Shown: positions 1 to 9,425, counted from the stretch's first letter. The stretch: DNA of 32,305 bases from Chloroflexota bacterium (GCA_030611745.1 JAUWPF010000002.1:1-32305), one strand, 5' to 3'. Notes: generated from the letters alone by a model not told the origin. A program made the numbers and translations.

Positions 1-407
1 TGTATCTCATCCAGATAACCCTGCAGAATGAGTGCCGCGGCGACAGCGTCATCCCTGACTCTCCTCCTTGATTTCCCGGCGGCAGCTTCCCGCATCAGGC
101 GTCTCGCTGATACCGTGGTCAAACGTTCATCTCTGAACTCTACCGGGGCGTGGGTCTGGTTGCGCAGCTCCTGAGTAAAGGACTTCACCTTCTCCGCCTG
201 CCTCCCGATGCTGCCATCCATAGAGCGAGGTAACCCGACGATGACCCGCCCTACCTGATGCTGGTGAATAATACCCGTAATAGCCTCCACATCGGTACTA
301 TCACCACTACGCTCAATGATGGTGAGGGGACTGGCCAGTATCCCTTCCGGGTCACTGAGTGCCACCCCGATTCTCTTATCGCCAATATCAAGACCCAGAC
401 GGCGCGT
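1..407 (-). CDS. ruvX: Putative pre-16S rRNA nuclease / Holliday-junction-resolvase-like protein YqgF (RuvX). The 3' end is cut by the window edge and the start codon is uncertain.
   Basis: Not in the ORF track because it runs off the window and has no ATG/GTG/TTG start. My minus-strand translation reads ..RRLGLDIGDKRIGVALSDPEGILASPLTIIERS..VGRVIVGLPRSMDGSIGRQAEKVKSF..DERLTTVSARRLM..DDAVAAALILQGYLDEI. This matches YqgF/RuvX hallmarks (GxDxGxKRIGVA N-terminus, GLPxxxxG, DERxTT, AAxILQxYLD). It sits in the conserved position directly downstream of alaS. Confidence 0.7.
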
Positions 408-441
408 CTTATACCTCCCGACAACCTGACTTAAAACGCCC

Positions 442-3060
442 TTATATTAAACCCCTGACCAATCTGAGGGCTTCGTCCAGCTTATCTTTGTTCTTACCAC
501 CGGCCTGGGCTAGAGTAGCTTTGCCTCCCCCACCACCACCAGCCACTCTGGCCACCTGCTTTACTATCTCTCCCGCATGATAACCCTTGGCGACCAGGTC
601 CGGGGTCACCGCTGCCAAGAAAACCGGCCTACCCTCAGTAACTGTGCCCAGAACTATCACGGCGCTCCCCAGCTTCTCTCTAAGCAGGTCACCCATCTCC
701 CGTAAGGCCTCCATCGGGGAAGATGGCACCCTGGAGACCAGCACCGTTACTCCACCTATTACCTCCGCCCGGGTTAGCAAGGCTTCAGCCCTAATCCTCG
801 CCAGCTCACTTTCCAGGCCTTGAGCTCGCTTACGTTCCATATCCAGTTCACTGGCTGTACTGGCAACCCTGTCGCCGACATTCTCTAACGAAGTCCCCAG
901 AGACTCCGCAATCGCTTGCAGAAGAGAAAGGCGCCGGTCAACAAACTCCTCGGCCCCCCTCCCGGTAACCGCCTCGATACGCCGCAACCCGGAACCGATG
1001 CCGCTCTCGCCAGCAATCTGAAATAGTCCTATCTCACCGGTCAAGGCAACATGGGTACCACCGCACAACTCAGCGCTGAGCGGCGGCTCACCAATTTTAA
1101 CCACCCGGACGGTATCGCCATACTTTTCCTCAAAGAGGGCTATCGCCCCTTCCGCTACCGCCTTTTTATAGGGGACTTCCTCATCATACACCGCCAGGTT
1201 AGAGCGGATTTTCTCATTGACGATATGGCTTACCCTATCAATTTCCTCCCCGGTCATCGCCGTAAGGTGAGAAAAGTCGAATCTAAGCCGCTCCGGAGTC
1301 ACCAGTGACCCGTGCTGCTGAACATGCCCCCCCAGGACCTCTCTCAGGGCAAACTGGAGCAGGTGAGTAGCGGTGTGATTGCGGGCAATATCAAGCCGGC
1401 GCTCCTTATCTACCCCGGCATTAACCGCATCGCCTACCGCCAGGCTGCCTCCGGTAACATGGCCCTGGTGCACAATAATATCCGGCACCGCTCGTACAGT
1501 ATCGGTAACGACGAAATGCCCCGAGGAACTGTATATTTCACCGGTATCACCAACCTGTCCCCCCATCTCCCCATAGAATGGCGTTGCCTCCAGAACCAGG
1601 CTCGCCTCCTGTCCTTCTGACACCGCGCTTACAGACTCCCCGTCAACCAGGAGGCCAGTGATTTTAGACCCATATTCAAGACTATGATAACCCACGAAAG
1701 GCGTTGCCTCGATATTAAGCTGGTCGTAGGCAGTGGTTACCTCTTTTTCAGCCAACCCGAACTTATGACTGGCCTTGGCCCGCTCCCGCTGCTTTCCCAT
1801 CTCCCTTTCAAAGCCGCTCAGGTCTATGGAAAGACCGCGCTCAGCCGCAACCTCTTGAGTCAGCTCCACCGGAAAGCCATAGGTATCATATAGCCTGAAC
1901 ACCTCTTTGCCCGATATTATATTCTTCCCCTTGCTGGCTGCCTTCCCCACGATACCATCCAGCAGTTCCAGCCCGGTACTGAGGGTCTCCCCAAATTTAG
2001 CTACCTCGAACTCAATAACCTGGATAATGAAGCCCTGCCTCTGGACAATCTCGGGATAGATATGCCCCAACTGCTCAATGGTGGCTCTGGCGGTCGCAGC
2101 GAGAAATGGCTTATCCCTGCCCAACCTCCTGCCAAACAGCGAGGCACGCCGCAGCAGCCGGCGCAGTACATAGCCCCGCCCCTCATTACCGGGAATCACC
2201 CCGTCAGCAACAAGAAAGGCAATCCCCCGGCCATGCTCGGCTATTATCCGCATCGCTTTATCCGTACCAGCATCCAGGCCATATTTAATTCCCGTCAGCT
2301 CGGAGATGCGTTCCAGCAAGGGAATAAACAGGTCAGTTTCATAGACACTGGACTTACCCTGGACTACGGCGGCGGTCCTCTCCAGCCCCATACCGGTATC
2401 AATATTAGGCTTCGGTAATAAAGTGCGGTGCCCGCCCCTGTCCTGGTCATACCGGGCAAATACCAGGTTCCAGATTTCGGAGAAACGACCACACGAGCAG
2501 TTCGGGCCACAGGACACCTTCCCACAGCCAAACTCTGCACCGAAATCATAGTGAATCTCACTGCAGGGCCCACAGGGGCCAGAGTCACCAGCCGGTCCCC
2601 AGAAGTTATCTTCCTCTCCAAATCTCACTATTCTTTTCTCAGGAACGCCGACCTGCCGCCAGATGCGGAACGACTCATCGTCATCGAGGAAAATGGTCAC
2701 CCACAGACGCTCCGGTGAAAGCCCCAGGTCCCGGGTGACAAACTCATGAGCCCAGTAAATAGCCTCCTCCTTGAAATAGTCACCGACACTCAAGTTGCCC
2801 AGCATCTCAAAAAAGGTAAGGTGAGTTGAGTCACCTACCAATTCAACATCGGTGGTGCGGAAGCACTTCTGACATGATGCCAGACGGCGGCCTGGCGGCA
2901 CGGCTTCACCCAGGAAGTAAGGCTTGACCTGCACCATTCCCGCCGTGGTGAGGAGGAGAGTGGGGTCGCCATAAGGTACCAGAGGGGAACCGGGAATGAC
3001 TTTATGCCCCTTTTCGCTAAAGAAACTCAGAAACGCTGCCCGAAGCTCATCGCTAGTCAC
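442..3060 (-). CDS. alaS: Alanine--tRNA ligase (872 aa, GTG start)
   Basis: Full-length match in character to class II AlaRS. It has the N-terminal FLSFFxxKGH, the FEMLGNxSxGDYFK motif, the editing-domain HTATHLL and CGGTHV motifs, and a C-terminal GGGGGK DHHA1-type tail. Confidence 0.97.
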   Translation of the reverse strand: MTSDELRAAFLSFFSEKGHKVIPGSPLVPYGDPTLLLTTAGMVQVKPYFLGEAVPPGRRLASCQKCFRTTDVELVGDSTHLTFFEMLGNLSVGDYFKEEAIYWAHEFVTRDLGLSPERLWVTIFLDDDESFRIWRQVGVPEKRIVRFGEEDNFWGPAGDSGPCGPCSEIHYDFGAEFGCGKVSCGPNCSCGRFSEIWNLVFARYDQDRGGHRTLLPKPNIDTGMGLERTAAVVQGKSSVYETDLFIPLLERISELTGIKYGLDAGTDKAMRIIAEHGRGIAFLVADGVIPGNEGRGYVLRRLLRRASLFGRRLGRDKPFLAATARATIEQLGHIYPEIVQRQGFIIQVIEFEVAKFGETLSTGLELLDGIVGKAASKGKNIISGKEVFRLYDTYGFPVELTQEVAAERGLSIDLSGFEREMGKQRERAKASHKFGLAEKEVTTAYDQLNIEATPFVGYHSLEYGSKITGLLVDGESVSAVSEGQEASLVLEATPFYGEMGGQVGDTGEIYSSSGHFVVTDTVRAVPDIIVHQGHVTGGSLAVGDAVNAGVDKERRLDIARNHTATHLLQFALREVLGGHVQQHGSLVTPERLRFDFSHLTAMTGEEIDRVSHIVNEKIRSNLAVYDEEVPYKKAVAEGAIALFEEKYGDTVRVVKIGEPPLSAELCGGTHVALTGEIGLFQIAGESGIGSGLRRIEAVTGRGAEEFVDRRLSLLQAIAESLGTSLENVGDRVASTASELDMERKRAQGLESELARIRAEALLTRAEVIGGVTVLVSRVPSSPMEALREMGDLLREKLGSAVIVLGTVTEGRPVFLAAVTPDLVAKGYHAGEIVKQVARVAGGGGGGKATLAQAGGKNKDKLDEALRLVRGLI

Positions 3061-3108
3061 TTACTCTCTCCTTACCAGCCTGCCTGTGCCAGAAGTCATT
3101 TACATAAG

Positions 3109-3137
3109 ATTTTAGTGTAAGATACACTGACTGTCAA
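3109..3137 (-). promoter_or_regulatory. Sigma70-like promoter for alaS (TTGACA-17 nt-TAAAAT on the minus strand)
   Basis: The reverse complement of 3132..3137 is TTGACA and of 3109..3114 is TAAAAT, with an exact 17-nt spacer. It lies about 45 nt upstream of the alaS GTG. Confidence 0.5.
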
Positions 3138-3178
3138 TGAAGCGGTTGTTGCGGGGCAGGATTACGGGCAGGTTCTGC

Positions 3179-4039
3179 TTAAAGAAGCTGCCGCAGATAC
3201 TCCCTCAGCTCCTGGCCAATATCGGGGTCTCTCAGCGCAAAGGAAGCTGTTGCCTTCAGCCAGCCGATGGGAGTGCCGACATCATACCGCGCCCCTTCAA
3301 ACTCGCCGGCATATATCGCCTGCCCTTTTAACAACAGCCGGAGAGCGTCCGTAAGCTGAATCTCCTGATTTTTGCCCCGCGGAGTAGCTTCAAGGGCATC
3401 AAATATCTGGGGCATAAGGATATACCTGCCCACCACTCCCAGGTCAGATGGCGCTTCCTCCGGCTCCGGCTTCTCAACAAGGTCCAACACCTGATAGACA
3501 CCACCCGAGACCTCACGCGGCTCAATAATGCCATACTTTACCGTGTCCTCACGACTGACCCGCTCCACGGCAACAACGTTAGTACCGTAGCGCTCATAGA
3601 TGTCCAGCATCTGTTTTAAGGCAGGCACCCTGCTATCAATAATATCATCAGGCAGCAGCACCGCAAATGGTTCCTCACCAACAACATCCCTGGCGGTCAG
3701 AATGGCATGACCAAGACCCATCTGCTCCTTTTGCCTGACATAGCAGATGTTGACCAGACCGGACAGGTCCCGCATTTCCTCGAGAAGCCTGATTTCCCCT
3801 TTCTGCTCCAGAAAATATTCCAGTTCGAAAGAGCGGTCGAAGTAGTCCTCGAGCGCCCGCTTGCCCAGGGCAGTTATTAAAATAATCTGCTCAATGCCAG
3901 AGGCAATCACCTCTTCTACGGAGTATTGAATTAAAGGTTTATTTACCAGCGGGAGCATCTCCTTGGGTTGAGCCTTCGTAACCGGCAGAAACCTTGTTCC
4001 CCAACCGGCAGCTGTAATAACCGCTTTACGGACCTTCAT
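3179..4039 (-). CDS. galU: UTP--glucose-1-phosphate uridylyltransferase
   Basis: MKVRKAVITAAGWGTRFLPVTKAQPKEMLPLVNKPLIQY is the canonical GalU N-terminus, followed by VEKP. I prefer the ATG at 4039 over the ORF-track start at 4057: a GGAGGGGAG SD lies 6 nt upstream, and the ATG overlaps the upstream stop as ATGA. Confidence 0.9.
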   Translation of the reverse strand: MKVRKAVITAAGWGTRFLPVTKAQPKEMLPLVNKPLIQYSVEEVIASGIEQIILITALGKRALEDYFDRSFELEYFLEQKGEIRLLEEMRDLSGLVNICYVRQKEQMGLGHAILTARDVVGEEPFAVLLPDDIIDSRVPALKQMLDIYERYGTNVVAVERVSREDTVKYGIIEPREVSGGVYQVLDLVEKPEPEEAPSDLGVVGRYILMPQIFDALEATPRGKNQEIQLTDALRLLLKGQAIYAGEFEGARYDVGTPIGWLKATASFALRDPDIGQELREYLRQLL

Positions 4040-5037
4040 CCCGTTTCTCCCCTCCAATCCTGCTCCCGGGCAAAGACAGCCGCCCCCAGCACCCCGGCGC
4101 TATCACCGAGCCGGGCAGGAACTATGCGCACCGCCCGAGCCGGTAACGAGAAGGCCCGTTCCTTTACCACCTGCCGAGCCGGTCCCAGCAAAAGGCCCCC
4201 CATCTGTGCCATCCCGCCGCCGACGATAATCATCTCCGGATTAAAGATATTAACCAGGTTCACCATCCCCACCCCCAGAAATCCGGCCGCCCTCGAGATA
4301 ACCTCCAGGGCTAACCGGTCACCCTCCCGAGCCGCCACCCCGACTGTTTCAGCAGTGATATCTTCTATCTTCCCCTCTACCATCCCGGCAAGAGAAGACC
4401 CCTCCCCAGAGCTAATACGCCTTATTGCCTCTTTAGCCACTGCCGTGCCCGAGGCCAGCGTTTCCAGACAGCCGATATTGCCGCAGTTACACCTCGGCCC
4501 GTTAATATCAACGGTCGTATGCCCTATCTCCCCGGCAGTGCCACAGACACCGGTGTACAACCTATCATTAACGATAATGCCGCCACCGATGCCGGTGCTC
4601 ACCGTAAGATAAATGAGATTTTTCACTCCTCTCCCCGCGCCAAAACGGTGCTCCCCCAGAGCCGCGGCACTGGCATCATTAATCAGGAAAGTCCCAACGC
4701 CGTATTTCTCCCTGACAATATCCCGTAACGGAATATTATTCCAGCCGGGAAGATTCGGGGAGGCGGTCACCATTCCCTTCTCAAAATCTACTGCCCCGGC
4801 AGCGGCAATGCTTATGCTATGGAGCCCGGAGGGAGCTACACCTTCCAGGCCGAGCAGGTGCTCTATGGCCGAAAGTATCCGGTTTACCACCGGCTGTGGT
4901 CCCTCATCAGCCAGGGTGGGGCACTGCTCCCGGGCTATCACCCGGCCCTTCTTAGAAATAATAGCGCTCGCTATCTTGGTGCCACCCAGGTCAATGGCCA
5001 GAACCGGCAATGCTGAATCTTCGCTCTTGTGCATCAT
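4036..5037 (-). CDS. ROK-family sugar kinase (glucokinase-like)
   Basis: It has the N-terminal ATP-binding motif LAIDLGGTKIASAI and the ROK zinc motif CNCGNIGCLETLASG. It is translationally coupled to galU. Confidence 0.85.
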   Translation of the reverse strand: MMHKSEDSALPVLAIDLGGTKIASAIISKKGRVIAREQCPTLADEGPQPVVNRILSAIEHLLGLEGVAPSGLHSISIAAAGAVDFEKGMVTASPNLPGWNNIPLRDIVREKYGVGTFLINDASAAALGEHRFGAGRGVKNLIYLTVSTGIGGGIIVNDRLYTGVCGTAGEIGHTTVDINGPRCNCGNIGCLETLASGTAVAKEAIRRISSGEGSSLAGMVEGKIEDITAETVGVAAREGDRLALEVISRAAGFLGVGMVNLVNIFNPEMIIVGGGMAQMGGLLLGPARQVVKERAFSLPARAVRIVPARLGDSAGVLGAAVFAREQDWRGETG

Positions 5038-5060
5038 AAATATCGCATGGGCCCAACCCC

Positions 5061-5090
5061 ATTATAGGCGAAGGGCTTCCAACCTGTCGA
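5061..5090 (-). promoter_or_regulatory. Possible promoter for the ROK kinase-galU operon (TCGACA-18 nt-TATAAT on the minus strand)
   Basis: The reverse complement of 5085..5090 is TCGACA and of 5061..5066 is TATAAT, with an 18-nt spacer. It lies in the 68-bp gap between lgt and the ROK gene. Confidence 0.35.
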
Positions 5091-5105
5091 GCCTGCCGGC
5101 GTTTG

Positions 5106-5873
5106 TCAGGCCTTTAGCCACCGCGCCCTGCGGATAAGCAGGAGGAGGGTAACAGCCAGCACGATTATGCCTATTACCTGGGCCTGGTGTAAGCCAAAGA
5201 GAAACGGTGTTCCCGCACGCAGGAAGCCAATGCCAAACCGCCACAGCGAGTATAGAGTAAGGTAGACAAGAAACAGTGAGCCTTCAGGCTCAAGCCGCCC
5301 CCGCAGCCATAGCAACACCCCGAAGATGATAAGGCAGACTATAATCTCATAAATCTGGGTCGGGTGAACCGCTATTCCCAGAGGAGCATAGCTATCGGGA
5401 TGGGTATAGACAACCCCCCAGGGCAGGGAAGTCGCTACCCCGTAGCAACAGCCATTTATGGTGCAGCCGACCCTGCCCACTGCCTGGGCCAGGATGGTAG
5501 CCGGTGCCAGCAGGTCGGCAAAATAGCCAAACCTAAAGTCGCCAAACCTGCTGTAAACCCAGATACCAATAACAGCCCCCAAAACAGCACCATAGATAGT
5601 GAGACCGGCACCACTGACAATCAGCCCCGGGTCCTGGAAGTAATAGTCCCACCGGTCAATAACATGAAGCAATTTTGATACTACCACCCCGGAGGGAACA
5701 CCAACCAGCGCCGCGGTAATGATATTATCATAGGAAAGTTGAGCCCCCTTCCTTACCTCCCGCACCATCCACAGGATTATCACCAGTATCGCCAGGGCAA
5801 CCATTATGCCATACCACCTGACACTCACCGCGCCTATGGTAAGGGCTACCGGGTCCATGCTTATAGTAATCAT
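5106..5873 (-). CDS. lgt: Prolipoprotein diacylglyceryl transferase
   Basis: It has a polytopic membrane profile and Lgt-like motifs: WYGIMVALAI, GRxGCxxNGCCYG and HPTQIYE. The start is set at the ATG at 5873, where a GGAGGAG SD lies just upstream. The longer track ORF (to 5963) would overlap the ftsY 3' end. Confidence 0.9.
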   Translation of the reverse strand: MITISMDPVALTIGAVSVRWYGIMVALAILVIILWMVREVRKGAQLSYDNIITAALVGVPSGVVVSKLLHVIDRWDYYFQDPGLIVSGAGLTIYGAVLGAVIGIWVYSRFGDFRFGYFADLLAPATILAQAVGRVGCTINGCCYGVATSLPWGVVYTHPDSYAPLGIAVHPTQIYEIIVCLIIFGVLLWLRGRLEPEGSLFLVYLTLYSLWRFGIGFLRAGTPFLFGLHQAQVIGIIVLAVTLLLLIRRARWLKA

Positions 5874-5886
5874 CGCTCCTCCAATC

Positions 5887-6792
5887 TTACGAGCACAGCG
5901 CCTGGACAAAGCTCTCCGCATCAAAAAGGGCCAGGTCTTCCAGCTTCTCCCCGACGCCGACAAACTGAATTGGTATCTTCAGCTCATCACAGATAGCCAG
6001 TACGATTCCCCCCTTAGCAGTGCCGTCCAGCTTGGACAAAAAAATACCGCTTACCGCTACCGCCTCGGTGAAGTATCTCGCCTGAGTCAAGCCGTTCTGC
6101 CCGGTGGTGGCATCAAGCACCAGTATTACCTCATGAGGTGCCGCATTATCAACCCTGGATGCCACCCGCCTGAGCTTTTTGAGTTCTTCCATCAGGTTAA
6201 ATTTAGTATGCAGTCTGCCCGCCGTATCGATAATTACCTCGTGAGCACCGCGGCTGCGTGCCGCTTCCAGGGCATCAAACACCACTGCCCCCGGGTCAGC
6301 CCCCGGCCGGTGAGCAACAACATCCACCCCCACCTTCTCACCCCAGTACTTAAGCTGGTCAATCGCAGCGGCCCTGAAGGTATCAGCCGCCGCCAGTATC
6401 ACCTTCCTGCCTTCCCTTTTCGACCTGTAGGCCAGTTTAGCAATAGACGTGGTCTTACCACAACCGTTGACACCAACCACCAGAATGACTTTTGGCAGGG
6501 CTTCACCACCCGGTACCGGCCCAGCCTCAAGCTTCAGCATACCGACCATCTCCGCCTCCAGCGCCGCCCGTACCAGCAAGCCCTGGCTAATCTTCTCCTC
6601 CCTGACCCTCTGCTTTACCTTTTGCACGAGCCCCTCCGTGGTAGCAACCCCGACATCAGCTGAAATAAGGAGCTCCTCAAGCTCACCCCAAACCCCATCA
6701 TCAATCGCCGGCCGGTCAAACAACCGCGCTACCCGGTCGAACCAGATATCACGGCTGCGCTTGAGTCCCTGTTTAATGAGATTATCCGGCAA
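5887..6792 (-). CDS. ftsY: Signal recognition particle receptor FtsY (NG domain only, 301 aa)
   Basis: It carries SRP-GTPase motifs GVNGCGKTTSIAKLA (G1), DTAGR (G3) and SKLDGTAKGG (G4/G5-region). Confidence 0.93.
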   Translation of the reverse strand: MPDNLIKQGLKRSRDIWFDRVARLFDRPAIDDGVWGELEELLISADVGVATTEGLVQKVKQRVREEKISQGLLVRAALEAEMVGMLKLEAGPVPGGEALPKVILVVGVNGCGKTTSIAKLAYRSKREGRKVILAAADTFRAAAIDQLKYWGEKVGVDVVAHRPGADPGAVVFDALEAARSRGAHEVIIDTAGRLHTKFNLMEELKKLRRVASRVDNAAPHEVILVLDATTGQNGLTQARYFTEAVAVSGIFLSKLDGTAKGGIVLAICDELKIPIQFVGVGEKLEDLALFDAESFVQALCS

Positions 6793-6814
6793 CCTTACCC
6801 CCTTTTATAGTCCC

Positions 6815-9103
6815 CTAACCGTCCCCGAGCAGCCCCTCGAGCAGCACCCGGGCTGCCTTTTTATCCAGCGGCTTATTATTATTGCCACATTTGGGTGATT
6901 GAATGCAACCGGGACAGCCATCCTGACACGGGCATTCCGCGACTACCTTCAGCGTTGCCTCCCATAGCTGCTCCACCAGCGCGAAGCCCTTCTCAGCAAT
7001 ACCGATGCCACCGGGGTGAGCATCGTAGATGAATATCTGGGCCCTTCCCGTATCGGGGTGGAACGGGGTGGACACACCACCAATATCGTTGCGGTCACAC
7101 AACGCAAACAGGGGAAGAATTGAAATAGCGGCGTGCTCCGCACCGTGCAGTCCTCCGGCAAGGTCAAATTGCTCCCCGGTCAACCGGGAGGCAAGCCCCT
7201 CCGGCAGGTCAAACCACAGGGCAATGGTAGGAAAGCGCCGGGGCGGCAGGTCAAGGGCCTCTTCGCCAATCACCTCCTCGGTAAACTGTGCCTTTTTCGT
7301 AAACCCGACCACGGTAGTGGTAACCTCTACCTCCCCCAGATATACCCTCGTCTGGCGGCAGCTTTTAGCACAGAGTACCCTCATGACACGCAAATCGGTA
7401 ATCTCCCTGGCCTGAGTATAGTATGCAGCCGTGGTTGGCTCAGCACAGGCGGTGTGGTTGGCCAGGTCAAGCTCGGTGATAAGATAGGACTCCCCCTGGT
7501 GAAGGTAAATAGCCCCGGGATGTATCTGGAAAAAGGCAGCACCTTCCTCAACCGTCTCCAGTAAAGAGCCGGTTGAGACATCAATAAGAGCAAAATTCTC
7601 CCCCGAGGTGGAACGAATATTGATACCCCGAGCCGGGGGGGCGATAGCCGCCGAAAGATACCACCTGCTGCCCCACTGCCTCATAATGCCCTGTCTCTCA
7701 AGCTCTGTCCGCTCCCGGCTTAAGGCAGGACCGAAAAACTCCTCATCGGCACCGGTCAGCGGCAGCTCCCAGGCAGCACACAGGAGATGCCCCCTCAAGA
7801 TATAGGGGTTATCCGGGTTTACCAGGGCATTCTCAACCCCCTTCCGAAAAAAGAAGTCAGGGTGATGCATAAGATACTGGTCGAGAGGATTATCCAGAGC
7901 AATCAGAAAACTTAAGGAGACTTCCCCGCTCCGACCGCTTCTCCCCGCCTGCTGCCAGGTAGAGGCAATACTCCCCGGGTAGCCGGTAAGCACTGTTGCT
8001 TCAAGGCCACCAACGTCTATCCCCAGCTCTAAAGCGGTCGTAGCGACCACTCCTGAAAGTTGCCCTGAAAACAGTTCCCGCTCTATCCGCCGGCGTTCCT
8101 CGGGCAGATAGCCCGCCCGATAAGGCTTGATTTTCCCGGCCAGCCCTGAGCCGGCTTCATCCAGGCGCCGCCTGGAATAGGTATAAATAAGCTCCGTCAG
8201 CCGGCGGGAGCGGGCAAAGGTAAGGGTGCGAATATCCTGACTCACCAGTCCCGTAAATAAAACGGCAGCCTCACTGCTGGCACTGCGGCGGACACCCCTC
8301 GCTTTATCTATGAGCGGCGGATTCCAGAAAACAAACTCCTTTCCCCCATGAGGAGACCCGTCACCGCTAACAACACTAAAGGGCAGACCCACCAGCCTCC
8401 CGGCATGCTCCCCGGGGTTAGCCAGGGTAGCGGAACAGCAGATGAACTGAGGACTTGAGCCATAAAGACGGCAGAGGCGGCGCAGGCGGCGCAGCACCCC
8501 GGCGACATGAGAGCCAAAGATACCCCGGTAGGTGTGGGCTTCATCCACTACCACGTACCTCAGGTGCCTGAGCAGCCCCGACCATGCCCGGTGATTGGGA
8601 AGGATACCAACATGGAGCATATCGGGGTTAGTAAGTATTATTCGGGCTCGTTTTTTTATCTCCGCCCGCTCATCATAGGGGGTATCCCCGTCAAAAGTAG
8701 CGAATTCACCCCTTTTAAGGAGACCGGGGCAAAAGAGCTCATCAAGACCACGAAGCTGGTCCTGAGCCAGAGCCTTGGTCGGGAAAAGATAGAGGGCACG
8801 GCTGCGGGGCTCGGTTACCATCGCCTCAAGCACCGCGATGTTGTAGCACAGGGTCTTGCCGCTGGCACTCGAGGTTGACACCACCACATTACTGCCCTGC
8901 CGGGCGTAATTTACGGCCTCGGCCTGGTGAGAATAAAGAGGTAGTAAGCCATGCTCCCTGAGGCAACCCTCAAGACTGGCCTCCAACGGGCTGATGAGCT
9001 TGCCGTATTCAGCCTTACGGGGAGGGATGTGCTCAATATGAGCAACCTGGCCTGAGTAGCCAGGCTGAGCAGTCAAATAGTGGAGGAAAGCAGCCGGCTC
9101 CAT
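6815..9103 (-). CDS. DEAH-box superfamily-2 helicase with a C-terminal DUF1998/MZB four-cysteine domain (MrfA/YprA-like, Hrq1-like)
   Basis: It has Walker A SSASGKT, the DEAH box VVVDEAHTYRG, helicase motif VI QQAGRSGR, and the C-terminal cysteine cluster CPCQDGCPGCIQSPKCGNNNKPLDKKAA typical of DUF1998. Confidence 0.85.
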   Translation of the reverse strand: MEPAAFLHYLTAQPGYSGQVAHIEHIPPRKAEYGKLISPLEASLEGCLREHGLLPLYSHQAEAVNYARQGSNVVVSTSSASGKTLCYNIAVLEAMVTEPRSRALYLFPTKALAQDQLRGLDELFCPGLLKRGEFATFDGDTPYDERAEIKKRARIILTNPDMLHVGILPNHRAWSGLLRHLRYVVVDEAHTYRGIFGSHVAGVLRRLRRLCRLYGSSPQFICCSATLANPGEHAGRLVGLPFSVVSGDGSPHGGKEFVFWNPPLIDKARGVRRSASSEAAVLFTGLVSQDIRTLTFARSRRLTELIYTYSRRRLDEAGSGLAGKIKPYRAGYLPEERRRIERELFSGQLSGVVATTALELGIDVGGLEATVLTGYPGSIASTWQQAGRSGRSGEVSLSFLIALDNPLDQYLMHHPDFFFRKGVENALVNPDNPYILRGHLLCAAWELPLTGADEEFFGPALSRERTELERQGIMRQWGSRWYLSAAIAPPARGINIRSTSGENFALIDVSTGSLLETVEEGAAFFQIHPGAIYLHQGESYLITELDLANHTACAEPTTAAYYTQAREITDLRVMRVLCAKSCRQTRVYLGEVEVTTTVVGFTKKAQFTEEVIGEEALDLPPRRFPTIALWFDLPEGLASRLTGEQFDLAGGLHGAEHAAISILPLFALCDRNDIGGVSTPFHPDTGRAQIFIYDAHPGGIGIAEKGFALVEQLWEATLKVVAECPCQDGCPGCIQSPKCGNNNKPLDKKAARVLLEGLLGDG

Positions 9104-9118
9104 TACGGGCTCTCTTCA

Positions 9119-9409
9119 TCAAACGGGCAGGAGTTCAATTTCATAATCAAGCAACTCAACTTCAAACCGGCCGTTAGCAATGAAGTCCACCACCTTTGAC
9201 AGCACCTGGTTGGTAAAGCGTCCATCATTGCTGACGCAACAAACCCCCAGCGTAGCCAGCTGCCACAAGTCGTGGTCATCAACCTCAGCCACAGAGACAT
9301 TGAATTTGTTGCTAATCCGGGAGGTAATGGACTTTAATACCCGCCTCTTACCCTTAAGGGACAGGTTTTCAGGTAAACGAAGCCTAATTTTGCATACCCC
9401 GACATTCAT
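9119..9409 (-). CDS. ylxP: DUF503 (YlxP-like) protein, 96 aa
   Basis: MNVGVCKIRLRLPENLSLKGKRRVLKSITSRISNKFNVSVAEVDDHDLWQLATLGVCCVSND matches the DUF503 signature (SLKxKRxVxxS..R..FNVSVAEVD.QD.WQ.A.LG). Confidence 0.8.
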   Translation of the reverse strand: MNVGVCKIRLRLPENLSLKGKRRVLKSITSRISNKFNVSVAEVDDHDLWQLATLGVCCVSNDGRFTNQVLSKVVDFIANGRFEVELLDYEIELLPV

Positions 9410-9425
9410 CGCCCACCGTTTTTAT

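Noticed and set aside
3061-3178. Possible T-box or other riboswitch leaders upstream of alaS, and a lysine riboswitch upstream of dapB (12030..12103).
   Set aside because: The predicted alaS 5' UTR is only about 45 nt and the dapB spacer is 74 nt. Both are far too short for a T-box or L-box, and no specifier or terminator architecture is visible.
5806-6663. Long antisense or alternative-frame ORFs from the track: 5806..6663 (+), 3968..4612 (+), 4613..5137 (+), 19981..20961 (+), 21404..22156 (+), 23457..24095 (+), 26454..27011 (-), 16438..16695 (-) and similar.
   Set aside because: Each lies fully opposite to, or out of frame with, a gene that has strong family motifs. Their translations are Pro/Ser/Arg/Thr/Ala-rich low-complexity sequences typical of shadow ORFs in GC-rich DNA. 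None has a convincing SD.
6815-9103. The DUF1998 helicase as part of an anti-phage system (Druantia-like or similar).
   Set aside because: At 762 aa its size fits MrfA/YprA rather than the much larger DruE. The neighbours are ftsY, DUF503 and rpsO. No methyltransferase, nuclease or other defence partner is present.
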